A program made the translations under genes and the position numbers. DNA of 64,000 nucleotides, taken from Octopus vulgaris. Lineage: Eukaryota. Shown piece by piece: positions 1 through 14,258 of the stretch. The notes beneath the pieces are model-generated. The model had not been told where the DNA came from. It ran no database searches and saw only the letters and a program-made list of their open reading frames with translations. Location: NCBI GenBank assembly GCA_951406725.2, contig OX597815.1, positions 65,038,001 to 65,102,000 of the forward strand. The letters run 5' to 3'. Numbering within the stretch: the stretch's first letter is position 1; the number at the start of each line of letters is the position of its first letter.

Positions 1-1620
1 AGGTGTGGAAGCAAGGGTTAAAATCAAAGGGCCTTAGAGTAAATGTAGCAAAGACCAAAGTTATAGTAAGTAGAAAGGCGAACTTAGCACACACACCCTC
101 GGGCAGGTGGCCCTGCTCGATCTGTAGGAAAGGTGTAGGTAGAAACTCCATAAGATGCACCCAGTGTAAGCTATGGACACATAAGATGTGCAGCAACATC
201 AAAGGGAAATTAACTGATAAGATAGCTTTCATGTGCAGCAGATGCACAGGGACAATAGACACCACAGATACTCAGAAAACAGATTCCATCACACTCCAGG
301 GGAAGAAAATAGAAGTAGTTGATAGTTTCTGCTACCTGGGTGACCAAGTTAGCAGTGGAGGTGGATGCTCAGAGAGTGTCACCACTAGAATACGAATAGC
401 CTGGGCAAAGTTCAGAAGGCTCCTACCCCTACCGGCGACAAAGGGTCTCTCGCTCAGAGTGAAAGGTAGATTGTATGACGCATGTGTGCGAACTGCCATG
501 CTTCACGGTAGTGAAACATCGGCTGTGACTGCAGAGGACATGCATAGACTTGAAAGGAATGAAGCTAGCATGATCCGCTGGATGTGTAATGTCAGTGTGC
601 GCGCACGACAGAGGGTAAGCACCCTGAGAGAAATGCTGGACATAAGAAGCATCAGATGTGGTGTGCAAGAGCAACGCTTGTGATGGTATGGTCATGTACT
701 GCGGATGGATGAGGAGAGATGTGTGAAGAAGTACCACTCCCAAACAGTTGAAGGTATCAGGAGGAGAGGTAGACCCAGGAAGACATGGGATGAGGTAGTC
801 AAGCATGACCTCAGAGCGTTGGGCCTCACTGAGGCAATGGCAAAGGACCGAGATCTCTGGAGATATGCTGTTACTGCAAAGACCCGGGCTGCTTCCTGCA
901 CCAGTTCTGCATAGCCCTGCCCATTCAAAGTACCTTGGATTCCAGAACATCCCACTGTGCTTGAGGAAACCTGTTGTGTCAAGTACATGAACATCAAAAT
1001 AAATATCAATGGAAATAGTAGTTGTGATACCTGTGCAGGTGGCACATAAAAAGCACCATCTGAACGTGGCCATTGCCAGTGCCGCCTCGACTGGCTTCTG
1101 TGCCGGTGGCACATAAAAAGCACTATCCGAACGTGGCCGATGCCAGTACTGCCTCGACTGGCTTCTGTGCCAGTGGCACATAAAAAGCACCATCTGAACG
1201 TGGAAGTTGCCAGTGCCGCCTCGACTGGCTTCTGTGCCGGTGGCACATAAAAAGCACTATCCGAATGTGGCCAATGCCAGCACTGCCTCGACTGGCTTCT
1301 GTGCCAGTGGCACATAAAAAGCACCATCCGAATGTGGCCAATGCCAGCGCCGCCTTGGCTGGCTTCCGTGCCGGTGGCACGTTAAAAGCACCAACCGATC
1401 GTGGCAGATGCCAGACTCCCCTGGCACCTGTGCAGGTGGCACGTAAAAAGCACCCACTACACTCGCGGAGTGGTTGGCGTTAGGAAGGGCATCCAGCTGT
1501 AGAAACACTGCCAGATCAGACTGGAGCCTGGTGCAGCCCCTGGCTTCCCAGACCCCGGTCGAACCGTCCAACCCGTGCTAGCGCGGAAAACAGATGCTAA
1601 ACGATGATGATGATAATGAT
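1..1620 (+). mobile_element. RTE-clade LINE, 3' part (copy 1), running off the window start
   Basis: RT C-terminal peptide (KTKV..Cys-rich insert..FCYLG..LY..CVR...GSE..RGRPRKTW..DLW) with a premature TGA at 681-683. The 3' UTR has a VNTR and a (GAT)n tail at ~1603-1620. Confidence 0.92.
1039..1455 (+). repeat. 67-bp VNTR in the RTE 3' UTR (5 full units, one ~62-bp variant and a partial unit)
   Basis: GGCACRT motif at 1041, 1108, 1175, 1242, 1309, 1376 and 1438. Confidence 0.9.
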
Positions 1621-2011
1621 TCCTAGCTCAATCACAATCAACAGAAAAAAAACACAATCCCAACAAAGACTTCCATACATACTACAGTCAATATGATACA
1701 CCATTCTATAGCCACATAGCACTGTGCTTCACAAATAGGTAGAAGCATCACCTTGATCTATCTGGAAAAATAGATCTGTAAATTGCACATTATTGTTTAA
1801 CCTACTACCTACATAACATAGGGCTGCTTATTCAGGAATAAACACAAATATGTTTATAGATATGTATGGCCCAAATCTAGAGACAAATTTTATACATGAT
1901 GAAATGTTTTTCAAGTGGTTAAAACAAAAATGTTTTGAAAGGAGTGTAATATGTTAATATGTGGAATAATTTGATAATAATGCCTGCCCACATTGGCAAT
2001 ATTTTCCTTAC

Positions 2012-2246
2012 CTTTTCCCAAATGTGTATTTATGCTCATATAGCGAGCTGTTCCTGTTAAACTTTTATGGTCTCGATAGGGTATGTGTTTATGTGTTTCA
2101 GCATCAACGTATTCCTTTGCTAGACCAAAGTCTATAATATGTATGATATTTTGCTTCTTTGTTGACTGTCTTCCAATTAGAAAATTCTCTGGCTTAACAT
2201 CTCTGTATATTAGATGTTTGGAATGAACATATTCTACACGATTAAT
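2012..2246 (-). CDS. CSNK1G: Casein kinase I gamma coding exon (235 nt, [25 protein letters not shown]...DFGLAKEY...[17 protein letters not shown])
   Basis: Minus strand reads tttcag|ATTAAT...GGAAAAG|gtaag. Contains the catalytic loop [11 protein letters not shown] and the CK1-specific SIN motif. Phase 0 in, phase 1 out. Confidence 0.97.
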
Positions 2247-2699
2247 CTGAAAGAGAAAGAGGTATAATAATTTATTAATATAAAATATACAATTAAAATC
2301 AACTTTAACAAAAAAGGATATTATACAGAATTTCTTTCTTTTCTCTTTTTCACTTTTTTCTTTCTTATTGATACAAATGTGTACAAAAATAAAAAGATGG
2401 CGGGATTCAGACAAAAATTAAAGTTTCCAAGAAAATGGCAAGTAATTTCTGAAGATAACTTTTAGAAAGTTATCACTGAAAAGAAGTGTTAGAAAAATAA
2501 CCAATACTTGATGAAGGCATTAAATTAAGTGTAATGCTATTTAAATAAGCGCAAAGAATTTTTCAAAAATACTGAAGTATATCGAAGATCAGTATCATGT
2601 CTGACAGAGACACATTTCTAGATATTAAATTTGAAAGAATGTTACTTGAAATGATTGTATCCAAAAACATTTAAGCATTAATTTTTTTTAAATCAATAA

Positions 2700-3600
2700 A
2701 AGATCTGTGTGATATCTCTGTGATTCCATGTGTATGGACAGAAGACATATAGGTTAAGAATTACTGAGATAGGATTAGGATCACTAGACCTAACAAAATA
2801 AAAACATAAGTTAGCTAAGATGGATAAAAAGATGAGTTAAGCACCCATTTCTTTTTTCCTCATTTTATAGCAAAAGATTTCAAAAGTTAATGTAACCAAA
2901 GGGATCAAATGGCCTAATTCTAATGAATATATGTATAGAGCAAGAAAACTCAAATATAGGAACCAGACTGTCAGCAAGGAATAACAAAATATCGAGGACT
3001 TGGAATTATAGTATGGTAGGAGCACTTTGGGTGATAGGTAGATTAAAGCTCATTTTAGTTGTAAACAATTTAAATGGCCCACAATTCTTTAGAAATTGAT
3101 AGGAAGACCATTTGCAAAAGATATACCCTTCTGTATATCTTAAAGAAGACCACTTTTCTAAGAAGATTGAGCCCCAAGCAGTTTGAGCAAGGTTGGGAAT
3201 GAACTCACAGAACTGAATCCCTGAAATGGAATCTTAATCCAATGGAATATATATATGAACATCTTGAAAGCAAGTTGGAAGCAAGATTGCTGAAAATTAC
3301 ATCAATTACAGAGTTGAAAAAAGCAGTGACCAAGGAGGTAAATAAACATGGATCAAGAAGTCTTCTGTCTTTTACTTGTGTCAGTTATTGAACGGCAGCC
3401 AAGCTGGGGGCACTACCTTGAAGGGTTTTGTGAAACTAATCAACCCTAGCACTTATCTAATTAAAATTTAATCAGGCAAAAGCTGTGATACTAAATAAAG
3501 GAGGGCATACACATACCAAGATATACAAGTTAAATTAACACTGTATCTTAATATCCCTGTATACAATTTACACAACTAAACTTTCTTATGTACATTTTTT
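2700..3600 (+). mobile_element. Highly degenerate Tc1-like transposase relic containing a small SINE-tail fragment
   Basis: Remnant LNPME (SPDLNPIE-like) at ~3232 and C-terminal NKGGHT at ~3495. No intact ORF. Confidence 0.4.
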
Positions 3601-5748
3601 GAAGGACTTCATGATATGAATGTCATCAGAGATAATTAACTTAGTGCAATTTATGATCTGCATAGGGATTCTTTGTAAATATCCAATCATTTAGAACTAT
3701 TTTGAGCTGGATAGCTGAAAATATTTTCTTCAAAAACAATATGGGGGAGATTAGAGAGTTGGTCTGTGTAAAACTTAAGTAGCAGTCCATGCCATCACAA
3801 AATATATGATATCAAGAAACTCAGAATAAGGGGGAACAATACACACTGAAGAGACATATCTAGTCTAGCCAGCTCATACTAATATGGAAAAACTGATAAT
3901 GCTAATCCACTTTTGATAGTGCGATCTCTTCCACATACATAAACACACATACATATATACATACTCACACACATTTTTTTTTTTTTATTAAATACTATTC
4001 TTTTAAACAGACTCTTTAAAAACACTTCTCAGTATCTGATAAAAATAAAACTACTGTATATCACTTGAAACTAAACTGTTTTGATAATCACATCTTTTAG
4101 GAAATAGGTGTAAATTTTCTATTAGCAACCAACATCTTCAAGATCTAATTTATGCAGCAGTTAAAACAGAAAATAATTCAAATCATTAGGAAAGCCTTTT
4201 AAAATAACAGTATGTATGTAGATGTCCATGTGTATATAAGTGTGAAAGTAAGAAAAAGTCGGTAATTATTTATTTAGCAGAAGGATAGTAGCAGAGGTCA
4301 TCATATCCAACAACAAAATTGCAAAAGCCATTAAAATAGAAATAGGAAGTGGGGGGGGGGGGACAGAGAGATTTATTATTGTAAAATCCAACATAGGAGA
4401 GGATGAAGTGGTGGTGGTGAAATGCTTCATTAATCTTTTGAAGAAGCAGCCAGAGAAAATAAAATGAGCTCACATATAAAATACAAATTATTCTAAGGAA
4501 GATGGCATTTCAAGTTTAAAATTTGGCTTTAAGAACAGAAAATGCAAAAAGAAAGGAAATAGACACCAGATCAAGTAAATGCTTGTGGCAGATTACAAAA
4601 AGAAAAAAAAATCAGTTCTAACAATAAGTGCTCAGCTGAGCTAGAGCAGTTATTGATTAGTTCATGCCTTTCCTAGCCTGACTTTACAGCCCATGTATAA
4701 CAACCTGTTGATGGCTTTCAAATGGTAAGGAGCCAGTGATCAATAATGTCATATTACCTTATTTCCAATGCACTTATGCGATTACTAAATCTAGACTGAA
4801 TATCAGGCAAGCATTCCATTTCCGTCAATGTATACTTTTAACTCAATTAATACAGTTAACAAGAGGTAAAAGTCCGTATAAGATTGGCAGTTCTTCACTT
4901 AAAATTTTTTGGAATTATTAGCAATAATGTTTGCTAAAAATCATTATATTTGACAAAATTTTGTCATTTTCTTCAATATTTTCTCGAAACATATTTCTTT
5001 ATAAAAATATGAATTTAAAAAGAATAAGTGATTAGACAATAAAGAGCTAGACATAGAGACAGGCAGGCAGACAACCGGATGTGTGTGGGTGGGTGCGTGG
5101 ATGTATGGATGGATAGCCAGCGAGAGAGAGATTTATACTTTTTTACAACTGAAATTTTTTAAAACAAAAAAATAAAGTCCATAATGATTAACATTTACTG
5201 CTGAAATATATCAAGTCATATAAAAAGCTTGCTACTTGTGAAATGGATGTTGCAAGATCAACAAAAACTGCAAGCCACTTCAACAATAAAATAAAGCAGC
5301 TGTTCTCATAAAAGAATTCTGATGTACTTAACAGGTTTCCAAATAGAAAAGCAATTTGTTTCAAGTTATCATTTATAGATCAGTTCCAATTCCGATTATT
5401 TTTTATTATTAACTTGTTAAGGATCTACATTTGAAAAATTTTATCAAAATGCATCCCCACCTACACATCCTGAAAGAATAAGTTCAATTAACTATCCAGC
5501 TATATGCCATCAAATTAAGACAATGAAGTCATATTTTCCTACTCAGCTTGTGAAGACAATACGTCTTAAATGTAAACTGCACTAAGATCACTCTTCAAAA
5601 CTATGAACAATCAACCTCTGACATGACTAAGTCTTGTCGTAAGTGCTTTCATGCTTCTACTACCAACCATGTTGTTACCTTAGTCGTCTTATTTTCCAGT
5701 TAGAAGTTAACTCAACAAACACAGATTACAGGAACTTTTACTATTTAA

Positions 5749-6150
5749 TGGGCATAGCTGTGTGGTAAGAAGTTTGTTTCCCATCTACATGAGTTCAGGT
5801 TCAATCACACTGTGTGATACCTAGGGTAAGTGACTCCTACAACAGCTGTGGGCCAACCAATGATTTGAGAGTGGATTTGGTAAATGGAAACTGAAAAGTC
5901 CTCTCTGTCAGTGTGTGTGTGTGCTTCCTTCCCTTGGCATTGTGTAATAGTTGTAAATGAGCACTACTGCCATGTAAACAGTGTCCTTTGTTTCCATTCT
6001 TCTGTGAAATAATGTCTAACCATAGGGAAATATTGCTTGATAACAGGTAAGGGTTGACAGCAGGAAGGGCATCCAACCATAGAAAATCCACCCCAATAAA
6101 TTCCATCCAACCAATACAAGCATGGAAAAGGGTATGTTAAAACTGATGAA
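5749..6150 (+). mobile_element. tRNA-derived SINE with RTE-like 3' tail
   Basis: A/B-box-like head (gctgtgtggtaag...caggttcaatc) and shared core (gagtggatttggta..ggaaactgaaa). The tail aggaagggcatcc...agcatggaaa...ttaaa resembles the RTE 3' end. Confidence 0.75.
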
Positions 6151-6649
6151 GCTTGCAGTGTGTACAGAGTCCAGCTAATAGTAGTGTAACTGGTTGTGCA
6201 AGTAAACATTCACTTCTTTCTTATAATACAAGTTGACACACCTTGGTATTACTCATTTAGTCTTGCCACTATATATGAGTTATGTCTTACAGGCAACAGT
6301 AGTGAAACACAGATGATAGTTTCATAAATCAAGACATTAAAATACAACACAGATTCCATGTCTTAGAAAAACAGTACTATACATGAGACCTTTCACCAGG
6401 CAGATTCTTGCCGTTGTTACTTTTTCATTATCAAGCTGGTCAATTCCTCATTATTCTAAATAAGTTACAAGACACCTCAAGTTTATCATATTCAAATTAA
6501 AAAATTGCAGGTATGATTAAGAACTTGACCTTGCAGCCATATGATCTACGGTTCAATCTTATTGTGTGACACATTGGAAAATTTCTACAATAGATTCAAG
6601 CTGGCCAATAGATGAAATTTGATAAATACAAGCAACATGGAAGCCCATC

Positions 6650-8330
6650 CTTGCTGAGTCTGGAGCAAGGGGGACAGAGCCCATAATCCTTGTACTCCCC
6701 ACTTCACCCTACAAAAAGAAGTGGTGAGATTGATAACATCAACGTTTTGTTTGAAATGCTGTTGGTTAACACCTACAGGAAAGACATGAGTAGGGAGGAG
6801 ATTCCAAAGGGGCAATGTTCTGGAGATGAAAGACTGGGTTTAGTGGTTAGTATTGAGAGGAAAGGAGGGAACTGGATACACCAAGGTGATGACAGATGGA
6901 GAGACAAGTGGACTGAGTGTGTCCAGGTGCTGAACTTAGAAGACTAGTCAGTTTCATGGAACAGAGGTCATTATAAAAATGATAGAAAAAGTAGAAAGAG
7001 GAGACAGCACACCCGTGAGCCAGAAACTGGAGTGTGTCTGTTACTGGTGGAATGCCAATCAACCCAGTGGTTCTTTTCAGGACATGGTCAGTGTGTATAG
7101 CAAGCAGCTCTGTCCCACATGTGGGCTTGCTTCTGTGGGTCTCACTTGAACCTTGTAGAATGTGAGTAGCAGTTAAGGGCTGAAATATTTTCAGGCTCTG
7201 AAGATAGGGGCTAGTCTAAGGACATGTTTTCAACAGGAGAGATCCTCAGTGACAGTGAGATGTTAACAAGACCCCACTGAACGATGTTTTAAGGTTTCCA
7301 TTTATGGAGTCAATGCAGGTTTGGCATGTGGTATCTAAGTCATGTATGAATAATGCATGATTAGAGAAGCTTAGGGAGTAATGAAGGAGCATGTCGCCTG
7401 CATAATACTGAGTGCTGTTGGGAGTGACAACAAGTCACTGATGTAGAGAAAGAAGAAAATGGAAGGACAGAACTAAACAGTAAGAAAGTTCAGAACTGAT
7501 TGAAAGTAGAGCAAAAAGAGATCCAGCAATACATGCAACAATTGTACAGTCTGATGGGAAACTACATGTATCAATCCAAGAGATAAGAGATGGTGAAGCC
7601 TGTAAGTGAGAAGTTTTGACAGATTTGCAGCCAGACATGGTCAAAGGCTATGCTGATGTCTGTAACAACAACATTGCTTTCATTGAAATTCTCTAAAGAT
7701 GAGTGATTTGACTCTGTGAAGTTGTACTGGTGATCACAGGAGGCAGAGAAGAGATAAAGAACATCATTGTCAATGGTTGTTTCCATTGCATTGGAAATGT
7801 GAGAAATGAGAGCATCCACTTGGCTAGATCAGACGGATTGCTTTTCTTTGGAATGAAATACATTGAGGTTTATTTCTAAATGTATATTACATAGAGAATG
7901 AAGGATTAAGGAGTGTTTGAATAATATAAGAACAAGTTCTGGAGTGTATTGCTTAAGTGTAATGGAGGGATAATTGTCAGGGTTAGTGGTTTTATTTTGT
8001 TTGAAGCAGTTAGGGGTATGGCTGAGTACCTATGAGAATGTAAGAGAGAAAATTTGAAGGGGATTGACCAATGGGATGTACTGCAGTATATGAGAGAGGC
8101 GGGAGAGAGAGAGAGTTTGTCCCTATAAGTCTTCAAACTGACACCACATGGTGTCAGTGTGAAGACATTTGTTTTGTAAACAATATCTCTTATGGCTCAG
8201 TAGTTTGATATGCAAAGACAAGTATGGGCTGGTGACAGGAAGGATATCTGGAGAACAAAGCCCAATATACAGCAAGAGTGGGGGGGGGGGGCAATCTTGA
8301 TGATGTAATTGGAAGAATTTCATTTGATAT
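6650..8330 (-). mobile_element. Degenerate CR1/Jockey-group LINE ORF2 fragment
   Basis: Broken peptides DISIAFDHVW (RT DxxKAFDxVW), YKVQVRP and the terminal LWNLLPTHVFP..FKQNV. Confidence 0.65.
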
Positions 8331-10277
8331 AGCAAATCAATGATAGAAAAAATGTAACAGCATGGCAGACATTTATCTGGTCTGATGTTTCTGTGAGGGT
8401 AAAGGGTGATTTTGAAAGCAAGAATGTGTTAATTCCTGATATTGAATGGAATGGTAATTTAAAATTACATCTCTTCAAATTATTTTGGAAGAAGCCAGAC
8501 CTTATCATCAAGAGTAAAACTCCTTTCTGTCTACTGTACAAAGGATATTTTTGAGACTTGTTAGGAACCAAGGGAAAAGACTGTTCACACGAAGGGACAG
8601 TGGGATACATTCAGATACATTCTGGTAATACATATTAAGTCTACACAAAGGGCTATAAAAGTATATGCACTAGGTACCACTTTTATACACAAAAAATAAA
8701 AAAGACAATTGTGATAGTCAACATGACATAGAATACAATGAAGTCTGGAAAATTGCAATCCCATGCTACAACCAACGCTGTATTTTTTTTATTTTTATTT
8801 TTTATCACTACTGTAGTTTAATTAAACTTACAGGAGGCTTAGAAACAGAGGGAATATTTGGATAAATGTGCCGGTGATTATAAATAGAAACTGTTGCCAC
8901 TGGATATGGGAGTGGGAAGATGATGTGAAATAAACCAATAGCAGACAGAAAATTTCCTAGTGATTGCACACCAAGATAAAAAACCAAATTCATTTTACAT
9001 GTCCTACTACATGTGGATGGAAATGGCATTTGTAAACAGTTGATTGCAAATAGATCAGATGGTGAGCTCTTGGTTGACTGGCTTAGAAATGGTAGTGGCG
9101 GGGGGGGGGGGGCAATAGTTGATAAGGTACATAGTAAAAGTGAGCATTGTTGAAGTATTTTTATGACATAGTAAATTGAGAGGCACTCAAAAGTGGTGTA
9201 ACCACTTGAAATTCTAAGTAAATGTTGCAACACAATTCAAAGTAATATACTCATCAAGAAAATATGTTGGGATAAAGTCACTCTATCAGAGAGATATTGC
9301 TCTGAATGGAACCAAATTCTACAAAAGAGAAAAACAACCAATGGTGGTAGAATGTGTGCCAAGAATAATACCAATATCAGAAAAGACCACTCATGGATGT
9401 ATTCTTGAAAACTGCATTTATTATCATTATTGTTATTATCTTCATCCATCTGATGAGCTTTCATTAGTTTCTGTCTACCCAATTTTACTCAGAAGGTATG
9501 TGATGATCCAAGGCTATAAAAAAATTACATTTGCCCAAAATGCCATGCAATAAGATTGAACTCAGGACCTTGTGGTTGTGAAGTTAATGCTTAACCATCC
9601 TGCTATACTGTGCCTAATAAATTATCATGCTGAACTGGATGAGGAATAATTTTTCAAAGTAAATCTATTTAGTATAAATATCTGCTAATTAGAGTGAGGC
9701 TAATGTTTAAATTTGCCACAATTAAGAAATTGTTGGAGTAAGCAGGTGTAAAAGTGACCAAAATAGAGAAGATAAAAGAAAATAACAAGTTTTAATATAA
9801 ATCTTGCAGAGCAAGCATATTTAAGATTTGCTGAGAAAGTACACATTTAAAAACAAAAGCTAAAATCCTCTATTAGAGCTAGCAGTTCATTGGCAGACTT
9901 AACTGCTTCAGAGAATTAATCTACAAGATTACCTCAACAAAGGAATAACATAACAATACTGTTTATTACACCAAAATACCTGTTTATATAAGTAAGCCAA
10001 AATAAACCAACAGCAATGAAATGGCTTCTCTTCAACAAAAGCCTCAAGTAAAAGGAAGTACAACAGACAGAGGAACTAAGCCTATCACCTTTTATTACAC
10101 TTATACTTAGTATTGCCTATACTCTAGCTCATATTTAGTTAACCTGTTACTCAACAATCAACATAACTTTGAGAATACTCAATAATTTTGTAGAGCATAT
10201 TAAGTGGGATACCAGTCAGTATCAAAAGTGAACAATATAATCTTTAAGTAAGAGTTTGCACCAATTTTAGATTTTAT

Positions 10278-10620
10278 AGGTGCAGATGAGGCTGTATGGT
10301 TAAGAAGCATGCTTCCCAATCATGTGATCTCTGGTTCAGTACCACTGCACAGCACATTCTACTACAACCCTGTTTGACTAAAGCCTTATGAGTGGATTTA
10401 GTAGACAAAAACTAAAAGAAGCATATTTTGCATGCATGTGTGTGTTTGTACCTCCTTGTTTTGACATCACATGATGGTTGTAAATGAGTACCACTGTCAT
10501 ACATGCAATGTCATTCATTTCCAGCCTTCTATGGGAAACATGTCTGGCTAAGGGTAAATATTGCCTTACTTGGCAACAGGTGAGAGATGCAAACAGGACG
10601 ACATGTCTAATAAAGCACAT
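10278..10620 (+). mobile_element. tRNA-derived SINE, degenerate
   Basis: Same head and core as the other SINE copies. Confidence 0.7.
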
Positions 10621-11218
10621 ATTTATATATTCTATAGGTTAATGTTATAAATTGACACAAACTTCTTTAATCAGCTACTTCATTTTTCATATCAGAAGTA
10701 ACAATCAATACATGATCAAGACTACTGGCATTTCCCTAGGAAATTCAACAGCAAGGTTAATTGGGACAAAGAGAATGAGATACTTTACCTGTAAACGCAA
10801 AATATATGCAACTGATTTGAACTCCTAAGCTCTGAGTTTGTAAACTAATATTTCATTCACATAACTATTTCAGTCTCATATTCTCAATAGTTGTTATTAT
10901 TAAGGCAACAAGCACACATGCTTGCCAGAGAATAATATCAATGCAGCAATACTAAAGTTGTTCAGACTGCACAAAAACTGTAGGTGTCAACTATGACTCA
11001 CTAAAAACAAGATATACCAATTCACTGACACTTATGTTTTTTTTAAATCTTGGTAACTTGATCCTTTTGTTACCAACCAACCTGAGATTGTCCCTGGTTC
11101 TATGACAAACTTCCTGTTCCATAATGATCCAAATTAAAACCTACCATCAAAATCTCATGATAATTTATATCCTACACACCAATTTTATTAATAACAAAAT
11201 TATTTTATAAAATTCATC

Positions 11219-11411
11219 ATCACTGTTTTAAATGTCCACTTTTCCAAGTTTGCATGGAGCAGACTGAGTTTTATTGAAGCAGATTTTATACAGCCGCATG
11301 CTCTTCTTGTTTTCTCATGATAAGATATTTTTAAGCAAAATATTGGAAATGAATGATTATACTTATATGACAGTGATAATCATTTTACAACTATGAAGAC
11401 AAGGAGAAACA

Positions 11412-11458
<47 letters not shown>

Positions 11459-11600
11459 AGTGAGAGAGAGAGAGAAACAACATGCTTTTTTCAGTTTCAC
11501 TCACAAGGTCAACCTAGGGCTATAACAGAAGGCACTTGCCCAGAGTGCCTTGCAGTAAGACAACCTGAAACCATGTGGCTGGGAAGAAAACTGTTGTTTG
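11219..11600 (-). mobile_element. tRNA-derived SINE, degenerate, with internal (TA)n
   Basis: Reverse complement of the SINE core and RTE-like tail. Confidence 0.6.
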
Positions 11601-12008
11601 CATGTAGCACAAAGCTTGTCATTTTGCATAAAAAAAAACAACCTTACATGATATAAACAGCAACCTTTTGCTATACCACAATGAAACATGAGTAAGTAAC
11701 CTAAGACAAAATTTGCAACATCTGGAATTAAGTGAGTGAGAGTTATGTCCTAATTGTTATGTAACATAAAACTGTCACAAGCAGAATATGAATTATTTAA
11801 CATAAAGGGAATAGAGCTGTCAAGTGTAGAACAAATCAGTTGAAGTCAGAAAACTATTTAAGACAAAAAAAAAAAAAAACAAGAAGAAAAGCAGGAATAA
11901 AAAATGAGAGCAAGACAAAGATAAAAAGAAATGAGGAGTAAAACATAACTTCATATGAAAATATACAATTAAAACTTAAGGTGATGATAAAAATGATAGA
12001 TACAGATA

Positions 12009-12330
12009 CAGGCATGGTTATGTGATTAAGAAATATGCTTTGCAACCACGTGAGTTAGGGTTCAGTCCCACTGCACAGCATCTTGGGCAAGTGTCTTCTA
12101 CTACAGCCATTGGCTGACCAATGCTTTGTTGTGAATTTAGTAGACAGAAGCATGTTGTACAAATGTGCGTGTGTGTGTGTGTCTTTGCACCCTCTCTCCT
12201 GACAACCAGTGTTGATTTTGTTTATGTCTCTTGTAACGTAGTGGTTCAGTAAAAGGGAATGATAGAATAAGTATCAGACTTAAAAATAAGTAACTGGGGT
12301 CACAGTTCAATAACTGAACCAAGTAAACAA
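12009..12330 (+). mobile_element. tRNA-derived SINE, degenerate
   Basis: Head gggttcagtcccactgc..cttgggcaagtgtcttctacta and tail gatagaataagta. Confidence 0.7.
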
Positions 12331-12639
12331 ACAATATAAATTTCTAACAAAAATGAATTATTTTCAAGATACGAAATTTCTTAATGCTAAAAGTTAATAT
12401 CTTTTGTTTTCATTTTTCAAGAAGAGAGCATAGTACATATTAAGATGATAAAAATAAATACATTTTGTATTTGTTTTAAAGCTTTCTTCAAATAAGAAAT
12501 TCAACAAATGCTCTACCCATTTAATATACATAATGACTTGGGATGCTAATACAGTACAAAGGTGTTAACCATCCCTATATTTTGTTAACCTAAATGATCA
12601 AAACAAAAAATAGCACAAATATTACATGATTCATCACTA

Positions 12640-13065
12640 TCATCATCATCATTTTAATTTCCACTTTTCCATGCTCACATGGGTCAGATATAGTATGATG
12701 AAATAGATTTTCTTTGTCCTGATGCCCCTCTTGTTACCAACTCACACTTGTTTTCAAGCAAGTAATATAACCCATGGCTAGACATTCTTTTTTTTTCTTT
12801 TATTTGTTTCAGTCATTTGACTGCAGCCATGCTAGAGCACCACCTTTAGTCGAGCAAATCGACCCCCGGACTTCTTCTTTGTAAACCTAGTACTTATTCT
12901 ATCAGTCTTTTTTGCCAAACCGCTAGGTGACAGGAACGTAAACACACCACCATTGGTTGTCAAGTGATGTTGGGGGAACAAGCACAGACACACAAACATA
13001 TACATACACATATATACATATACACACACACACACACACATATATATACACACACACATACATAT

Positions 13066-13096
<31 letters not shown>

Positions 13097-13348
13097 CACA
13101 ATGGGCTTCTTTCAGTTTCCATCTACCAAATCCATTCAGAAGGCTTTGGTCGGCCCGAGGCAATAGTAGAAGACACTTGCCCAAGGTGCCACGCAATGGG
13201 AATGAACCTGGAACCATGTGGTTCGTAAGCAAGCTACTTACCACACAGCTACTCCTGCGCCTATATTTATGTAAAATATTGGAAATGAGTGACAGTGCTT
13301 GCATGACAGCGACATTCACTTACAGCTACCATGCTACATCCAAACAAG

Positions 13349-13395
<47 letters not shown>

Positions 13396-13552
13396 AGGCT
13401 TCTTTCAGTCTCTGTCAACTAAATCCACTCACAAAGCTTTAGTCAGCCAGTAACTATAGTAGAAAGCACTTGTCCAAGGTGCCACACAGACTGAACCTGA
13501 AGCCAAATGGTTGGGAAGGAAGCTTCTTAACCAAATAACTATGTTTATGCCT
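12640..13552 (-). mobile_element. Nested SINEs: young SINE (~12795-13262) inserted into an older RTE-tailed SINE
   Basis: The older tail (12640-12786) and its body/head (13270-13552) are separated by a complete second SINE with intact A/B boxes. Confidence 0.75.
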
Positions 13553-14258
13553 ATTTTCACCACACCTGCACCTTTCAAAAAAAAAAAAGAAAAACCATAA
13601 AATCTACATCTTTGCTAAAGCCACTTATTCAATAATTAGAATGTTTAATATATTTCAGCAGATAGATTGAGGCAAGTGTAACCAGTCTTCATAAATTTTG
13701 TACTTTCAAAACAGCGAGAACTGTAATAAGGCAACAGGTATCTCATGCACATTCTCAAGTTGGTAGTCAACATAAATAACTTTTGATAAATGCAATAAAG
13801 AGATAAACCATAGAAAACTTCAATTCATTAAGATGTGATTAACATTGTAAATTAAAAATAACTTATAAAATTCATGACAAGATAATAATGTAAAACACAG
13901 GTTATTGAAAGCAATCTGCTAAGTACAGAGGATGGGGAAAATATAGAGCACCAAAATAAATAACTGCAACAGATTACACATGGTCTGAATTAAAACTGTG
14001 ATTGCATGAATGGTTGGAATTCAAATCTTGCAACCCTAGGAAAAGTATCTTACACTAGATGACATTAGGTCCCATTTCTTTTTGATCGAAGGGTTCATGG
14101 TCATCAGGAGACTCAGCTGTAAAAACAATTGTTTTGACATCATAAAATAACCAAATTTTAAAAATTCCTCGCTTTTACTAATTTGAAATTTTGTTAGACA
14201 ATGATGTAACTCATCTAGATGTAACAAATTATATGATATATAATTAAAATATACTCAC

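Noticed and set aside
1039-1455. CRISPR-like regularly spaced repeats
   Set aside because: Whole 67-bp units repeat with no unique spacers, there are no cas genes, and the array lies in a eukaryotic LINE 3' UTR.
429-1571. Long antisense ORFs over RTE copy 1 (and 24822-26091 over copy 2)
   Set aside because: Shadow frames of the RT ORF and the stop-poor VNTR.
1911-2414. 167-aa ORF as a stand-alone gene
   Set aside because: Only 2012-2246 is kinase-like and bounded by AG/GT. The rest is intron read-through.
12832-13422. HT/YI/CV-rich ORFs (also at 17550-17839, 39686-39955 and 41327-41695)
   Set aside because: Translations of (CA)n/(TA)n microsatellites inside SINEs.
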